A DNA stretch of 64,000 nucleotides from assembly GCA_964234715.1 (NCBI GenBank), contig OZ174280.1; one strand, given 5' to 3'. The notes under the pieces were generated by a model that was not told the DNA's origin, searched no databases, and saw only the letters and a list, made by a program, of their open reading frames with translations. Source of the DNA: Podarcis melisellensis. Lineage: Eukaryota. Shown here piece after piece: positions 49,901 to 63,900 of this stretch (within the stretch, counting starts at the first letter, position 1; each line of letters opens with the position of its first letter). Made by a program: the position numbers and the translations under genes.

Positions 49901-52163
49901 CTAGACACAGAAGCAACATGAGAAGTTTAATCACAAGAGACATAACCTGTAATTGGCTTTGAGCATTCAGTAGGGTTTTGGACTTCACTTGTGGCAGCTG
50001 TATGTATGGCAGGTGGGATCCAAAACAAAAAGTTCAGTGTGGATTGCTCAGTCATATTCTCTAGGATATGGAAAAAAAACCCTGTTAGTCAGCGTTTCCT
50101 GGCTGGTGAGCACATTTGGTCCTCATTGGGTTGGTTTTTTTTGCAAAGGGGATTGTCTCGTGCCCGTAGGTTTTTTTCACTACTATATTCCCCCCTACTT
50201 TTGCCAACCTTGGTGTTTCCCTGTAGCTGCTAGTACTTCTTCTTTGGTGGAGGTGGCAGGGGGTGGGGATGGCCTAGACCACCAACAGTGATTATGTTGG
50301 AGCATCAAACAGGGAATGATACTACAAAGTTTACATGGCCAAACATTAGCATCATTAATTCCTTTCAGATCCTGATTTGTCACAGGAAGCCAACAAACTA
50401 CCCTCCCCATTGATAGAAGTGGTTTAAATCCATTGGCATGGCATCCCTTCTGGAGAGGATAAAATTGCCAAATTGTAGGCAAATAGGCAACATTTTAAAA
50501 TGGTTTAAAAAAAATATGAAATGTAACTTTTCAGAATTGGATGAAATTTGCAAGAAGGTTTACCCTTTCTGAGGGCAGCAATCCCACCAAATTTCAGAAG
50601 CTGCAGCTGTTTCCCCACAAGACTAATAGGTAGAGTTTAGAGTGGATTAAAAAATCACTTAATATCCTTGGGGGTTTTTTTGTGGGTAATTGCCATTGTA
50701 GTAGGAAACCTGCCAGATTACTGACAAATAGAGCTAGGTGCTTTTGTGCTAAGCACCTTTTGGGGTGGGAAGAACTAAAAGTAGGGGGACCTTCCAGGTA
50801 AAATATTTCCCTCTGATTCAAAGCTTGACATGTCAGCCACAATATAAGCTCTCCTTTTCCCTGTTGCATAATCAAGTTTAGAGACATGACTTTTGTTTTC
50901 AGCAGCATTTTCTAAAAATAACTGACTGAGGTGTCACAAAGGCCTTTGGGGGTTCCTGCTTTGCCTAAGGAAAAAAAATCTCTCTAAGGCATCCCGTATC
51001 GCATCAGAAATTGGAATTAAGCTGAATATAATGTGTATCTCTAATATCTGAACATAGGTACCACTTTTTTCAAAGTGGCACAGCACCAGTTGCAATGCAT
51101 AAAAGCTAATTCCAGAGGTGTTTACATACACACAAGGGAGAGAGACTGTAACTGGATCTCTCCGCCACAGTCCAGTAGAAGCAAACTTGGCTCTCCAAGC
51201 TTCCCTACTCCTTTGCTGCCAGAATTCCCTGTGGTCATCGCTCTCCTCCCTTCCTTAGGACTTTTGGGGAGCTATGTTGGTCAGCACACTATTTTTGTGC
51301 TACCCCCCAACAACATCCTTGGAAAATTCTAGTTGTGCCTTAAGGAAGACCTGCATCCCCATGGGCAACCCTAGTTTCCAAGCACATTTATATCAGCATA
51401 TGGCAGGTACAGCACCATCTGCATGAGAATGGACGAAAGCTGTGCAAGTAACGAAACCCCTATGAATGAGGAAAGTCAGTGCAGCATATCCTGTTTTACA
51501 AACACACTTTCAGCAGGACTACTGTGCAAAGAAGAAGAAAAAGGTAGTCCTTACCACAGCTTTCTTTGAGAACATGAAAGGTACGGTACCTCAATAATTT
51601 CTCTGATTTCACATTCAAATTCCAGTTTGTCCAGTTTCAAGTGTGCTGTCCCCACTTGCTTGTCACTTCTGAAAAAGGACCTGGGGAAGGGGGAGGCATG
51701 TCAGTGCAAGATTCAGTTTCTTCTCCTATCTTCCATGATGAGAATCAGCAAAAGAACCCCAAAAACTCTCAGGATCTCAAATTGAGACACAGATCCTTCC
51801 CAACTCATACCTCCAAGGTTAAAAGCGGGTTATAATGCCATTGTTCAGTAGTGCTACCAACAAAAGCCGTAGGCAGGGGTAAAAAATATTTTGCACTGTA
51901 TAAACTAGAGAGCAGAATGATGTTAAAATGAACAAAAATCGCTAGTGTTATGTTCAGTGATCAGACGTGTTTTAGGCTAAGGAAGCAACTGAATGGAATG
52001 ACCTATTTATTTCCAAATACGCCTAAAGATCATGGCTTGGTTCACAAAAAAAATAACAGTGCAGAACACTGCAGAAGCGGAGGGGATTCCCAGGTGCACA
52101 GGGAAAAGGCCCAATGCATTTTGATGAAAGTCTTCAGCAGCACCGAGAGGCAAAATTGTAAAC

Positions 52164-52201
<38 letters not shown>

Positions 52202-55200
52202 GTGCTTCCTGCAGGCTCCCTCACTTTCAAGTGAGTACAGATTTGGAGACAGAGCTTGCAGAAAAGCAGAGCAGTACTGCTTCTCAGTGGCTCTGAAGAC
52301 TTTCCTCAAAACATGTCAGGCGTAATAAACTATCTCCCTATGAGCTCTGCCCCCACCCCTTCTCTTAGGAGGAGCCACAGCAAGGCTTGAGCTTATCTAC
52401 TCCTATTTGTTTGAGTGCAAGGAAAGATTAGAGGCTTCTGCTTCTAGTCTGCAGCAAATTGCAAGTGCTCTTCAGCTGTTAGTCACATGAAAGGGCTACT
52501 GTGGTGGAAGGGGCTGTGGCAGGGACACGTTTTTAATACTACCGTCAAAAGCCATATGAGTCTTTCTGTCCCTGAAGTTCATAGCACAACTTCTGAAGTG
52601 GGGGTCCTGTTCCGCGTGTGGAGGCTTCAGACCTCAGAAATTACACCCCAACATGGCAAGGGTGGGAGATTCCATGTGACTTTGGAAGGTGGGGTGAAAT
52701 GTACAGCCCTGCTACACCCTTCATGTGAATGGCTCCTGAAGAGCTCACCCTCAAATCACATTCAAAGGTTCTGGTTGCTGCATTTGGACAAAGGGGCAAA
52801 CTAGAAAGAAAAGCTCTCCCTTGCATGTAAAGGAAGGAGCATGCAATCCTGCTAATGGCCTGTCATTTCATCTGAATCAAACCCACTTGTGGGGCTTGCC
52901 ATAGTGTGAACTTAAGAACAGCAAACTCACCTATGGCCCTCCCTCTTACAGCTTAAAAATAGTACTGCCTTCCACACTTTTTGGCCACTAGAAATTTTGG
53001 ATGCATGCTTACAAGAGACATGAGACCACTCCCGCAAACAGATCCTAATAATATTCTTTCCCACTGTTTTCTTCTAGCCTAAACAATCATGCACCCCGTC
53101 CCAATTAAGACACTTGTACAATCTTAAAACCATACACCCGTGAAACAGGAACTAAGTTGTAGTCAATGCTATATCACAATTATACATTATAGTGCTTATT
53201 ATAAGCAAATTATTTTGGCCACTAAGGAATCCTTTCAAACAGTTTCTTTAACGCCAGACAACTTGACACTAAAGGCCACGCTGCAAATAAGGGCAGCTAT
53301 TCTTACTGTTATATGCCAAATTGACTTAAGATATTCAGTGTGAGATACAGATGTAGCCTTGTAGTACTCAACCAAAAGGAGAAAAGCATCTGAAGTTCAT
53401 CATGGAAGATTTCCCCTCTCCCGCACCACAACAGTCATGTGGGTGCATGTTCTGTTTCAGCTGTGGCTTAGATCCCTTGGGGGCAACAGGCATCAGAAGC
53501 AGTGAACTGGCCTGCTTGGCAAAGGGGATTCTGTGTTTTGATATGGAATCAGCACAAAAATGCATTAAGGTCTACAGGATGAAAAGATTGACAGCCCCTG
53601 ATCCCTGCTGAACTGCCAGCCTTAGTATACAGGTCTAGTAGTATAGAGCCAACATTCTCAGGAATTTTCACAGCTTTTGGCTTTAGTAGAGTATTAACAA
53701 CACCCAAATACAGCGCCTGTCAGTCATCTAAGAAGATCAAGCAGAAGACCAATATTACGCGACTGTAGTCTAAAAGTTCAAGCACTGCAAATGTCTGAAA
53801 GATGTATCTGCTGCATATGAGCAAATCTCTACAAAGACTTCAAAATAGTTCCTTCCCATATTCTCAATTATATCTTCAGCTACCCTGTAGCTAAAAATTT
53901 CAAACACACAATGATGCCTACAGATTGTATGTGACAAAGAGCTACATTTTTTTTAGCTCCAAAAGAAATCTGGGAATTGTTTTAAAGCAGAATTAACAAA
54001 GTCCTTGAGCTCAAGCAATCAAACTGTTTCCCCATTAGGCATGAACCCCTACTCACCCTTTGTGGAAGATTTCAAATTTAATTCCTTTAGCCTGAATCGC
54101 TCTTCGGAAACCTCTGTGATTTCGGTTAATGTTCAGCTTGAACAGCTGATCATATTCTGGAAATGCACAGACAGATAATCAGATACAAACAGCTGATGAG
54201 ACAACTCTGAACCAAATAAAAGATCAAGAAAAGCATGTGGTCAACCCCTCAAAATAAGCAGGTGGGAGATATTTTGCCATGGAAAAACCTTTCAATCAAG
54301 TAGGCCCCACAGGTGCATGTCTGAGAGGTACAGATTGTACTGAATGACACAGTGACTTGGTCCCTACGTTTTCCTTTGCGAGAAGAAGCCAAGACAAAGG
54401 ACTGCAAGTCCTTATGTATATTACCCTATTCAGTAAGTTTTATTTTAAAGAACCTGCAAAAAAAGTGCTACAGGATTCATGCTAAATAGCTGTGAAATAA
54501 TAGATCCCAAACAATTCTATGCAGTTGGGGGTAAGAGGGTGACATCTTTTCTGTGGCAAAATGAACAGCAATGTTGGATTTCTAAGGGACAGAAAGCAGA
54601 GGGATCCAAATATTCCAGGGGCAAGTCGTTCTGGAGTCATATAGCTCAGTAGCAGAGCATGCACAGAGTTCTAGGCCCAGCCTTTGGCCATCTCCAGTTA
54701 GCCTGTTGAGAGCTGCTGCCACTATACAGAGCAGTGTTGCAAGTTAGGTTAACACCGTCACAGATGCGGAAATCGCTTAATTAAGAAACCCACAATACAA
54801 AATTACTACTGCTCTGAAATGAGAGTCTTTGAATTCTGTTCAGGTAGCCGATGCAAACATAAAATGGAACAAACCCTTTTCAGCCTAGCTCTGAAATGAA
54901 AATCCAAGAAAAGACAACGTAACGATGGCAATAATAGTATAAGCATATGCACCCACCTGGGCAGTTGGTATTTTTTATCACTGATGTTTTACTTTTCTGA
55001 GCTTGCTCCTGTTTTAATAAAAGCAAAACATGGGTTAACAAAACCCTAAAACTAAACACCTACAGCCACACACCATTAATATTCAGCAGAAATCACAACA
55101 TCTTTGTTTGCTTTTCATTTGGAAAGAAAGTCCTGCATAAGTCTAGATAAAGTTTTCTTGGGCACAGCCCATTCAATATGGAACAAAATGCAAATACTGA

Positions 55201-58200
55201 GATTCAATACGAAATATACAAGAGATAGAAACAAACGGTGCATGGGGATGTTAAAAAGATAGGTTAGATCCAATGCTAGCATTGCAACCACCATTCAGTC
55301 ATTTTGCTTTGCCGTAGAACAAGAGCCTGGTGCAGGTAGATTTCTCCGGGACCTTTTCATTTGTCTTCCTTGTCCCCAAGAAGGGAATGGGTATGGATCT
55401 TCAGAGGTTACAACAAACGTGCTCCAAAGAGATTGTTTAGCAATTACTATTCTTTTTAACAACCCAATCATACAACAAAACAAATTAACTTCTAGCCCAA
55501 CGCACAGAAGAAGTCTCTAGGGAGTGAACAAGGAGAAGGTGACCCAATTACTGCCAGCACTTCTAGATGATATCCTAGTTATCAAGCAACATAGCCCTTT
55601 CTCTATTTCAGAGGCAGCTCCTTCCCCAGCTGCCTCTCAAGCATCACATACACAACCCTATTAGAAATGCCAGTCTCTTTTCTACTGTGATAAGGCCACC
55701 AGAGATGCCACCAGTGACCCTGCCTTCCTAACTATTCTCAGAAAAGCCAGTGGGGTTCTCTGTCCTTGCCTTTACTTGTGAAGACCAAGCTCCGCCCCCC
55801 CCCCGCACCACCATGGGCTGGTTGCTCTAAAGCAGGGATGTGTAAGTCAAGCCACTCCAGAGTACCACCTTTTCACTTTCGTTAATTCAAGAGAGCTGAA
55901 GGGTGGCATAATGGTTAGAGTGTTGAGCTATGACCTGGGAGACCAGGGTTAGAATTCCCACTCAGCCACGAAGCTCACTGAATGACCTTGGGCCAGTCAC
56001 CATCTCCCAGCCTAACCTACTTCACTGGGTTGTTGTCAAGATAAAACGGGGATGAGAACGATGTGCACCATCTTGAGCTCCTTGGGAGAACAGGTGGTAT
56101 ATAAATGTAATAAGCTCATTTCTGTGTATCTCCCCCCCCCACCTCAGTGATTTCTTTTCAGCCTTGTTAACCCCCTTTAGCACATTCTTTCCCCTCCTGA
56201 TCTGTCTGTATCCTTGTTTTTTCCTCTCTGTTTCTCATTAACACCCATGATCGTCTCTTTGCAGCACCATAGATCTTGCTTTGTCCCAATCTCTTTTGTC
56301 TCAGTTATCCCACTCACTTCAAAAGTTGATAGGGCTTCTCTGCACCTTTATTTTATGCTCTGCTTCTACCCCTGTCCTGATATTTACACGGCTGCTTGCT
56401 TAACACAGAAGCAATGCACAAGTCATCCATTCTCCCAATCTTTGCATATATTACATGGCGGCAAACTGAGGGTTTGCATCTGAATATACTTGATAGGGAA
56501 CTGTCACCCTAGGGCCTAAAAATTAAGGAGGGAGCAAAAGCCTTGATGTGTACTCACTGTATTCGGGTAATGGAATTCAAATTTCACAAATGCGTCCAAA
56601 TCATTGGGTGCCACACCTGTGCAAAGAGAGGAATTTAGCTGAGCAAACAGCCGCAGAAACAATAAGAAAAATGGGCCAAATCTTATGAACACAAGACTGC
56701 TGATTATCTCACAGGAAAGAAGAGGCCTCTACTCAGAGATGTTTGTTCCTGATTGTGACCCAATTTGCTTGATAAAAACAAAATGATCCTAACTACTGAT
56801 TAACAGAGGTCAAGTTCTCAGCTCTATCAGCTGCAGGGAAGATTGCAGAGCAGGAAGGAATCTTAAAAATTCATGTCAATGGTAGACTACCTGGTGGAGC
56901 TGGTAGATTTATTCCTCGGACAATGATAAGATGCATTTCTGTGCTACTGAGTTCAGAAAATATTCTACAAAGCAAACAAAAAGAAAAAGTTTACTCCAGC
57001 AATCCGGAAGTACTTCACATTGCAATACCAAACGTAGTGAACATGTAGAAATAGGAATCATGAAGAAATACACAGCATGCTTGCTTTCTGACAACTAATT
57101 GCAGGGTGAAAACATGGTTTGTTGTTAGTTTATGAACCACAAAGCCTTGCTTAATCATGGTTTGTTTGGTCACTGCAGCCCAGGCACTCTCCAGGCTACA
57201 GAGGCACAAGGCAAGAGTAGCTGGAAAACCAACTAGCCTTGTCTGTTTGCCTACTGAACAAGCTGCAACTTAGTATTACATATGCAAACACAGGCAACAT
57301 CAAGATATGAACAAAGTTAAAGCCCTTTGACTCAAGGGGCTGGGGGAGAATGGTCCCATTTTCGTGGCGGCCCCACATTTACTGAAATGCCTAGTTTCCA
57401 CTATAAAACATTGGTCACTTTTTTGGGAACAGAAATTCACAGTATTCCAGGTTGCTTGTTCTTGTAAGGTTCAGAAAGGTTTTGTAAAGCTCATCTATCT
57501 ACAGAGATAAGACATTTGAAACCTTCCCAACTTTTGGACATCCATACCTTACAATTTTAAAGGTTCTCTCTTCAAAGTGGTGGCTTGGGGGATCCAGCCC
57601 CTGGGCCTCTGCAAGCTGTAAGATGTCCAGATCTTTTTTACAAATCTGAGCCAGCTTCTCAAACCTGAAACGCAACACAGAAATACACAACATATAGTAA
57701 AAGTGAGAAAGATCAGGAAGCACATTGCCAGAGCTGCTCTGGTTTCATTAATGTTATCAGTGGGTGGCTGCTAAACTCATGGAGGCAGCTCCTACTCAAA
57801 TGAGAGAATGGCTGGGCTCCACTTAAAGCAGAAATAGCTCCTTGCCAGAGGTCAATGGGAAAGCTGTCTAGAAACTGATCAAGCCGGTGGAGCACCAGAA
57901 GGACTTAGCTTTCATTACTGATGGGATCTGAGAGCTACCTTCATCAAGCAAGCACAGGGAGCAGAACACTGGTTGCTCACCATGAAATTTCCTTCTTGTT
58001 TGACATATGGAGACACCCACCATGTAGGCTGCAATTCTCCAGCCCACCCAACGTAGGGACATGCCATTGAGCTTCCCCTCAAGTGAAAAAGTCAAGTTAC
58101 ACTTTACATAGTTAAGATGGGAGGAACAACCTTTTCCCCAGCCACAAAATGACTAGACCCAAGGCATAAAAGCAAAATTCATTCTGCCAAGTGGAATTTG

Positions 58201-60880
58201 TATTGCACCCAATTGAGATGTGCCTTCAATGCTAAACTCATAATAAACCTACCGGGAAGTTTCAGATACATTTCCCAGATGTGTGAACTGCTTTGAATAC
58301 TGCAAACATTTCTATTAAGAGAAAAAAGGAGGGGGAAGTCAGACCACAAGCTACCTTCAAAAACTGATCTGAGAGAGAAGCTGGCCATGTTCAGACCATC
58401 AAATCTCTTCAATAAGCTGAAATAAACATATGCAGTCGTTGCCTTCTGGGCAACCCAACCCAGCTCCAATGAAGCATTCCACAAGTGAGTATGCAGTCAT
58501 CTGCATAAAATCTGCTGCTGGGTTATAGTATTAGTACAATAACTCACAGATGTTAACACTGCCACTAGAAGTTCTCTCGTTTCCTCTAAAACACACATAC
58601 AGAGGACATATAAAGAAGGCAGCAACTTTTTCTGAGCACCTTTATTTTCAAATCACTTTTGAAAGGAGAGAGAGGGTCACTGATGCTTGTGCATATATCA
58701 CAAAAGAACAACAGTTTAGAGTTGTATGAAAAATAGGCCAGTTTAAAGTATAGAGAAAGCCACTCCCGACATAAGGAGGGGGGGTTGCGGGCTCACGCCC
58801 ACCTACATCCGCGCGGGGCTGGCTGTGGCCCCGCGCGACTTGGGAATCCTCAGGCCGCGTCATTCCCTGCACCAGCCAATCAGCTGGCGACAGGGGCGGG
58901 GCTAAGCGGGTCATTTAAGGTCGGGGGAGCCCGGGATCGCCCCTTTTCTTTCCCTCAGCCAGCTGCGGTTTCCCTCTCATCCACCCACCCTCTAGGTTTT
59001 CACTCGGACTTTGCTATGGACCTCGGTTGGTCGCCGCAAGGGGCCTGGTAGGAGTTTTTCCACTTGGCTAATTGGCATTATTTTGGAAGCCATTTGGTTT
59101 TTTCGCCTACCTCATAGCAAAACGTCACAACGCCTTTGGTTTTGGCGGTTAGGCATTGGTAGGCGTATTGTTATGCGGATGAGTTGGGGGGGAGGAGCGC
59201 CATCACCTCCCCCAAATGCTATGGGATAGTCTGATAAAGGACTCCAGGGGGCCTTGCCTCAGCCGAAAGTTATGGAGGCTAGGGCCTAAAGCGCACTCCT
59301 CGGGGAGCGCCTAGGGATGTGCATCTCAGGGTCTCCCCCTGTTGGTGTTAACCCTTTCTGGTTCTATGCCAGATAGTCTGATAGGACCAATGCCTAAAGC
59401 CAATACCGCTCTTACCTGTAATCAATAAAGCTGTGGCCATTTTTTGCCCAATTAACCTAAATTCTGGTGTTGAGTGTCTTCATTTATTCCAACGGGGGGG
59501 GGGGGGGATCGCCACACAACATTCTGCTTCCACTACAGGACCCTTAGCTATCAATAATGCTATAGGAGAGGAAGGAGTCACACACCTCATGCTGGTCTCT
59601 CATTAGCTTGATGAGCTGAACGTACACCTCTTCTGCTTTCTGAGAGAGTCTGAGATCTTCATGATGTATGATAATAAAGTCACCTTCATCATCTGTAGGT
59701 GGTGATGGCAGCTACACAGAAACACGCAATACATGTCAGAGCTTATCTGGTAAAATTGTGACAGAGAAAGGTGAGCACAGGGACACTCATTCAGAGCAGA
59801 TAAAAAAAGGGGTGGGGGAAGGATATCAGGAAAGGGTAGCAGGATACTTTCAAGGTTCCTGCCATACTGAGCTAATATGCTGTTAATGCACTCTTCCCCA
59901 CCCAATCTAGTGTCCTCAACATGCTACAGACTACAACTCTCATCACTGCATGGCTGCTGGCTGAGGCTGATGGGAGTTGTAGTCCAAACCACATTGGAAA
60001 GGCTGCGCCAATACATCAGTTTTCTGAGACCTGCAGGAAACGACTAGGAATGATACATCCAACTGTCTTGAATTTCCAACAGCACTGCAAGCATTTATCA
60101 ATATGAGAATGGAGAAAGCCAACTAGTGACTGCAAGTTTACCGCATTCCACAAGTAAGGTGTTAAAAAAATCTTGAAATGCCCTACCCTTCTGATCATTA
60201 CCACAGCAGTGCTTCAAGATACCAAACAAGAAAATAGAAGACCAAAGGATTCCAGGGCAAATATAAATAGTTGACTACAGCTGATGCATATGAAAAAAAT
60301 TGACCCACTAGATCAGGGGTTGTCAACCTGGTCCCTACCGCCCACTAGTGGGCGTTTCAGGATTCTAGGTGGGCAGTAGGGGGTTCTATGGCACATGCTG
60401 AATCCTCCTTCCATCGAGCACTGGTAGGTGGTAAGGAAATTTTACCATCAAGAAAGATGCATTAGTGGGCAGTAGGTATAAAAAGGTTGACTACCCTTGC
60501 ACTACATTCATATATGTTAAGGGACAACCATAAACCCAGTCAGTTCTGTTCATCTTCCAAACTGGAGGCACCCAAAGTAACTTAAGGCAATATGTAAAAA
60601 CAAAGTCTCATTTTTGTAACCTGCACGTATGTATTTTTATATGTATGAAAACTGCATAAATGAAGGCCATCTAGGCAACAGAATTAGGTGCCTCCCTCTC
60701 CTTATTCCCTACTCTGAAGTGGCTAGAAAGTACAAAATAGTAACTCAGAAGAGGCAATTTTGATGGCTGAGAATAAAACATACAAGCAAGCTCCCATTTA
60801 CATGCAGGTTACGTTCCAATGCACCACACGTTTAAGTGAGATTTTATATAATTAATATACATATGTACAAATACATATAC

Positions 60881-60939
<59 letters not shown>

Positions 60940-63900
60940 GGTGCAACTGAACAAATTCAGAATTTCAAAAAATGTAAAAGGCTCCTACAATTCAAGGAGA
61001 GGAGGCAGGGTAACAGCCAGGATAAGAGTGCAGGCCTATGGTCGGGACCAACTGCAGAAAAGCTTGCCTCTCTCTTAAAAGAATTACAAGCTTTTCTGAA
61101 ATTAAATCCACAAGAGCTGTGTTCAAAGGCAACAAAGGACATCAGATGACAGATAGTGGTGTGAACAGTGCTTCCTTCAAAGCAGGCCTGATACACTCTT
61201 AGGAATCTTTCTACTAACCTTGGAAATGTCGACCAGTTTGCCACTTTTTGCCCGCTCGATCTTTGGCTCCAAGCTCTTGGCTGTTCTTAGGAAGGCCTTG
61301 GCTTGCTCCAGATCATTTCTCTTCTTTGCCTGGACTGCAGCCTTTAAGTACTGTTTCCTTCTACTCTCCAGGAATTCAAGGTGCTCTAAAGCTGCAAAGA
61401 AGCAAAACAACAGGGGTGTTGTCATTGTTGTTGGCAGCAGGGCTTCCTTCCCCTGGAAGCAGCCAGGCCGCTTGCAGCGGCACCCGCGTCCTTGCAACAA
61501 GCAATATGTGAGAAGCGCAATAAAACAAAGTGTGCCTGTGCTATGGGAGGAGAGAATTTATTTATTTATAAATTTATAAAATTTATAAACTGCTTGATTG
61601 TTAAAAAACACATACACTCCCTCAAAGCAGTTTACAATGAGGATAAACAATAAAATTACCAGTAAAAACAACTAATTTAAACAATAAAGTAATAAATTCA
61701 GCAGTAAACCCAAAAGATATTAAAACATACACCCACATTCTACACATCTGGGTCAGCTCATCTAAACAAAAATGTTTTTAGCAGGCGTCATAAAAGCTAC
61801 AGCGAAGCTGCCTGCCTGATGTCAACAGACGGGGAGTTCCAATGTGTTGGCGCTAAGACCCTATCAGATTGATTCCTTGTGAAATGGGCAGCAGTTGTTG
61901 CTTGTAACAGTGCCAGTTCTGCAGACTGAAGGTGAGTGGGCAATATAGGGGGGTAAAGCGATCTTGCAGGTAAACTGGTCCCAAGTTATTAAGGGCTTGA
62001 TATACTAATAGTAACACCTATAGAAAGCCATTTCCTGATTAGCTGTATTCCCACTCTGCACACGAGGCTGTATGAGAGAAACAGAAGGTTTTCTCATCCC
62101 AGGGACGCACAGAATAGGCAGTAATGGTGCAGAAAGAAATGTGTGGCAGTGGCTTCTATTTATTTCCGCCCTCACACCGTAGCTTCTCCGGTGCGCAATC
62201 TGCCCAGTCATCCACAGCCACATCCATTAGATAAAGCCTTGCTTGCCAGGCTTTGACTCAGGCGGAATACTTGAACTGTGTGGGGGAGCTCAACATTTGC
62301 AAGCAGTGGGGGAGGACATGAAAAAAGAGGGGCAGAAAGGACACTTCTCAGGGAGGCAAGAACTTTCACTAAGCCTGCCAGGTATCTTTATGATGTCCTT
62401 TCCAGAGAGCACACACTAGCTCTTCCAAGCTCCTTAAAGTAAGAGAAAAAACAGACCTAGCCAAGAGGTAGTCCTGTTTTCTCAAATGCAAGCTTGCCAT
62501 CTGCATCCAAGCTGTGGAAATGTGTGGCATGTCTCCACGGAACACTGTCAAGCATGTGTCATTGAACTGCTTAGGAGGAAGACAAAACACTGACTAGCTT
62601 GAACCAGTGCAAGTAGCAGTGTCCTGGTAGTTATCTTGATTACAGCAGGGGGTCTGTCTGTTATGTGCACATTTAAGGTCAGAATAGGAATCCGTATTAG
62701 TCACTCATTTGCTGTCCAGATTCTACATACCTTTCTATTCTACTGAAAGGGAGGGCTTGTTAACATCTTACGAGCACTCCAAACACAGCATTTCACAGCT
62801 CAGAAAACGAAAAGCCAACAAGGGCTTTGTCCCAATGGCTTCTTCTGTTAAGCCTCACTGAACTTATTTCTTGCGTACCATTTTTGTCTTGTTCTATCCT
62901 CAGCGTGAACAACTGTTTCCCCCTTTTCCTTCCTAACATCCTTTAAGTATCTAAAATACATCACCTCCTAAGTCTTGCTTGATGTAAATGAAATAAATAC
63001 AACTCTCAGCCAGCTTTTTGAGTCCTTACCAACTGGAGAGATGTGCTCAGTGGATGCAGATTTCTCTGGGGCTGCTACTGGGGTGGGTTGAGAAATATCT
63101 TTCTCTGGAGAGGTTTCTTCCGGGATTACAGCAGATGGCACAGTTATCGGCTGAACAACTTGCACTGGCTTCTTAGGCAGCTGAGTGGGCTTCTTGGGAG
63201 CTGGAGCCTGTATGGAAGGCTCACCCTAGTGGGATCAGAAAGGAATTGAATGCAATGAGCAGGAAATTCAGATATAGGCCCAAGATGAGGACGGATACTA
63301 AACAAATGGATCCCATTACAGCAGCCATCTGCTGTGGTGCTACAGAAGAGAGACCTTTTTTTGTGCTAAAGGGATCAGAAAGTCATCTTAAGAGGCTGAA
63401 AAACTTAATAACAGCACTGTAGTCATCATCACTAGGCCGTCTTCAACAAAATGGGTTATAGAGTGATTCATCATCTGAAGTCCTAGTGCAGAGTGTGGCT
63501 TAACAGGAGATGAGCTACTACTAGGTACCCTAACACAAAGTCTGTGAGTTAACCAGTTCAGCAGTTAGCATTAGGAAATTAAAGGGAATAAGCAGTTTTA
63601 ACGACCAGAGCTTCTGAGTTGTGGCCAATGCTAGTCCTACTCAGAGTAGACCCATTAAAAAGCATGAACATGACTAACCTGATGGGTTAAAAGCAATGAA
63701 AATGGTGACTAGAAATGTTTCAGTGTATGTAATACTAGGTTAGTAGGATTTTTTTAAAAAAACAACAGCAGCAGCAATAGCAGCTTTTGAAATAGTTGGC
63801 TGTAACTTGTGTTTTAAAATGGTAAGAATATTCTTCTGCATCTGTAAGCAAACAGATTTTTAAGCAACACACCTCGTCTTCCTCCTCCTCCTCTTCTTTA

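Noticed and set aside
51950-52309. Poly-Ser, poly-Ala and poly-Leu ORFs
   Set aside because: By-products of the CAG repeat; the CC2D1B exon chain is complete and in phase without them
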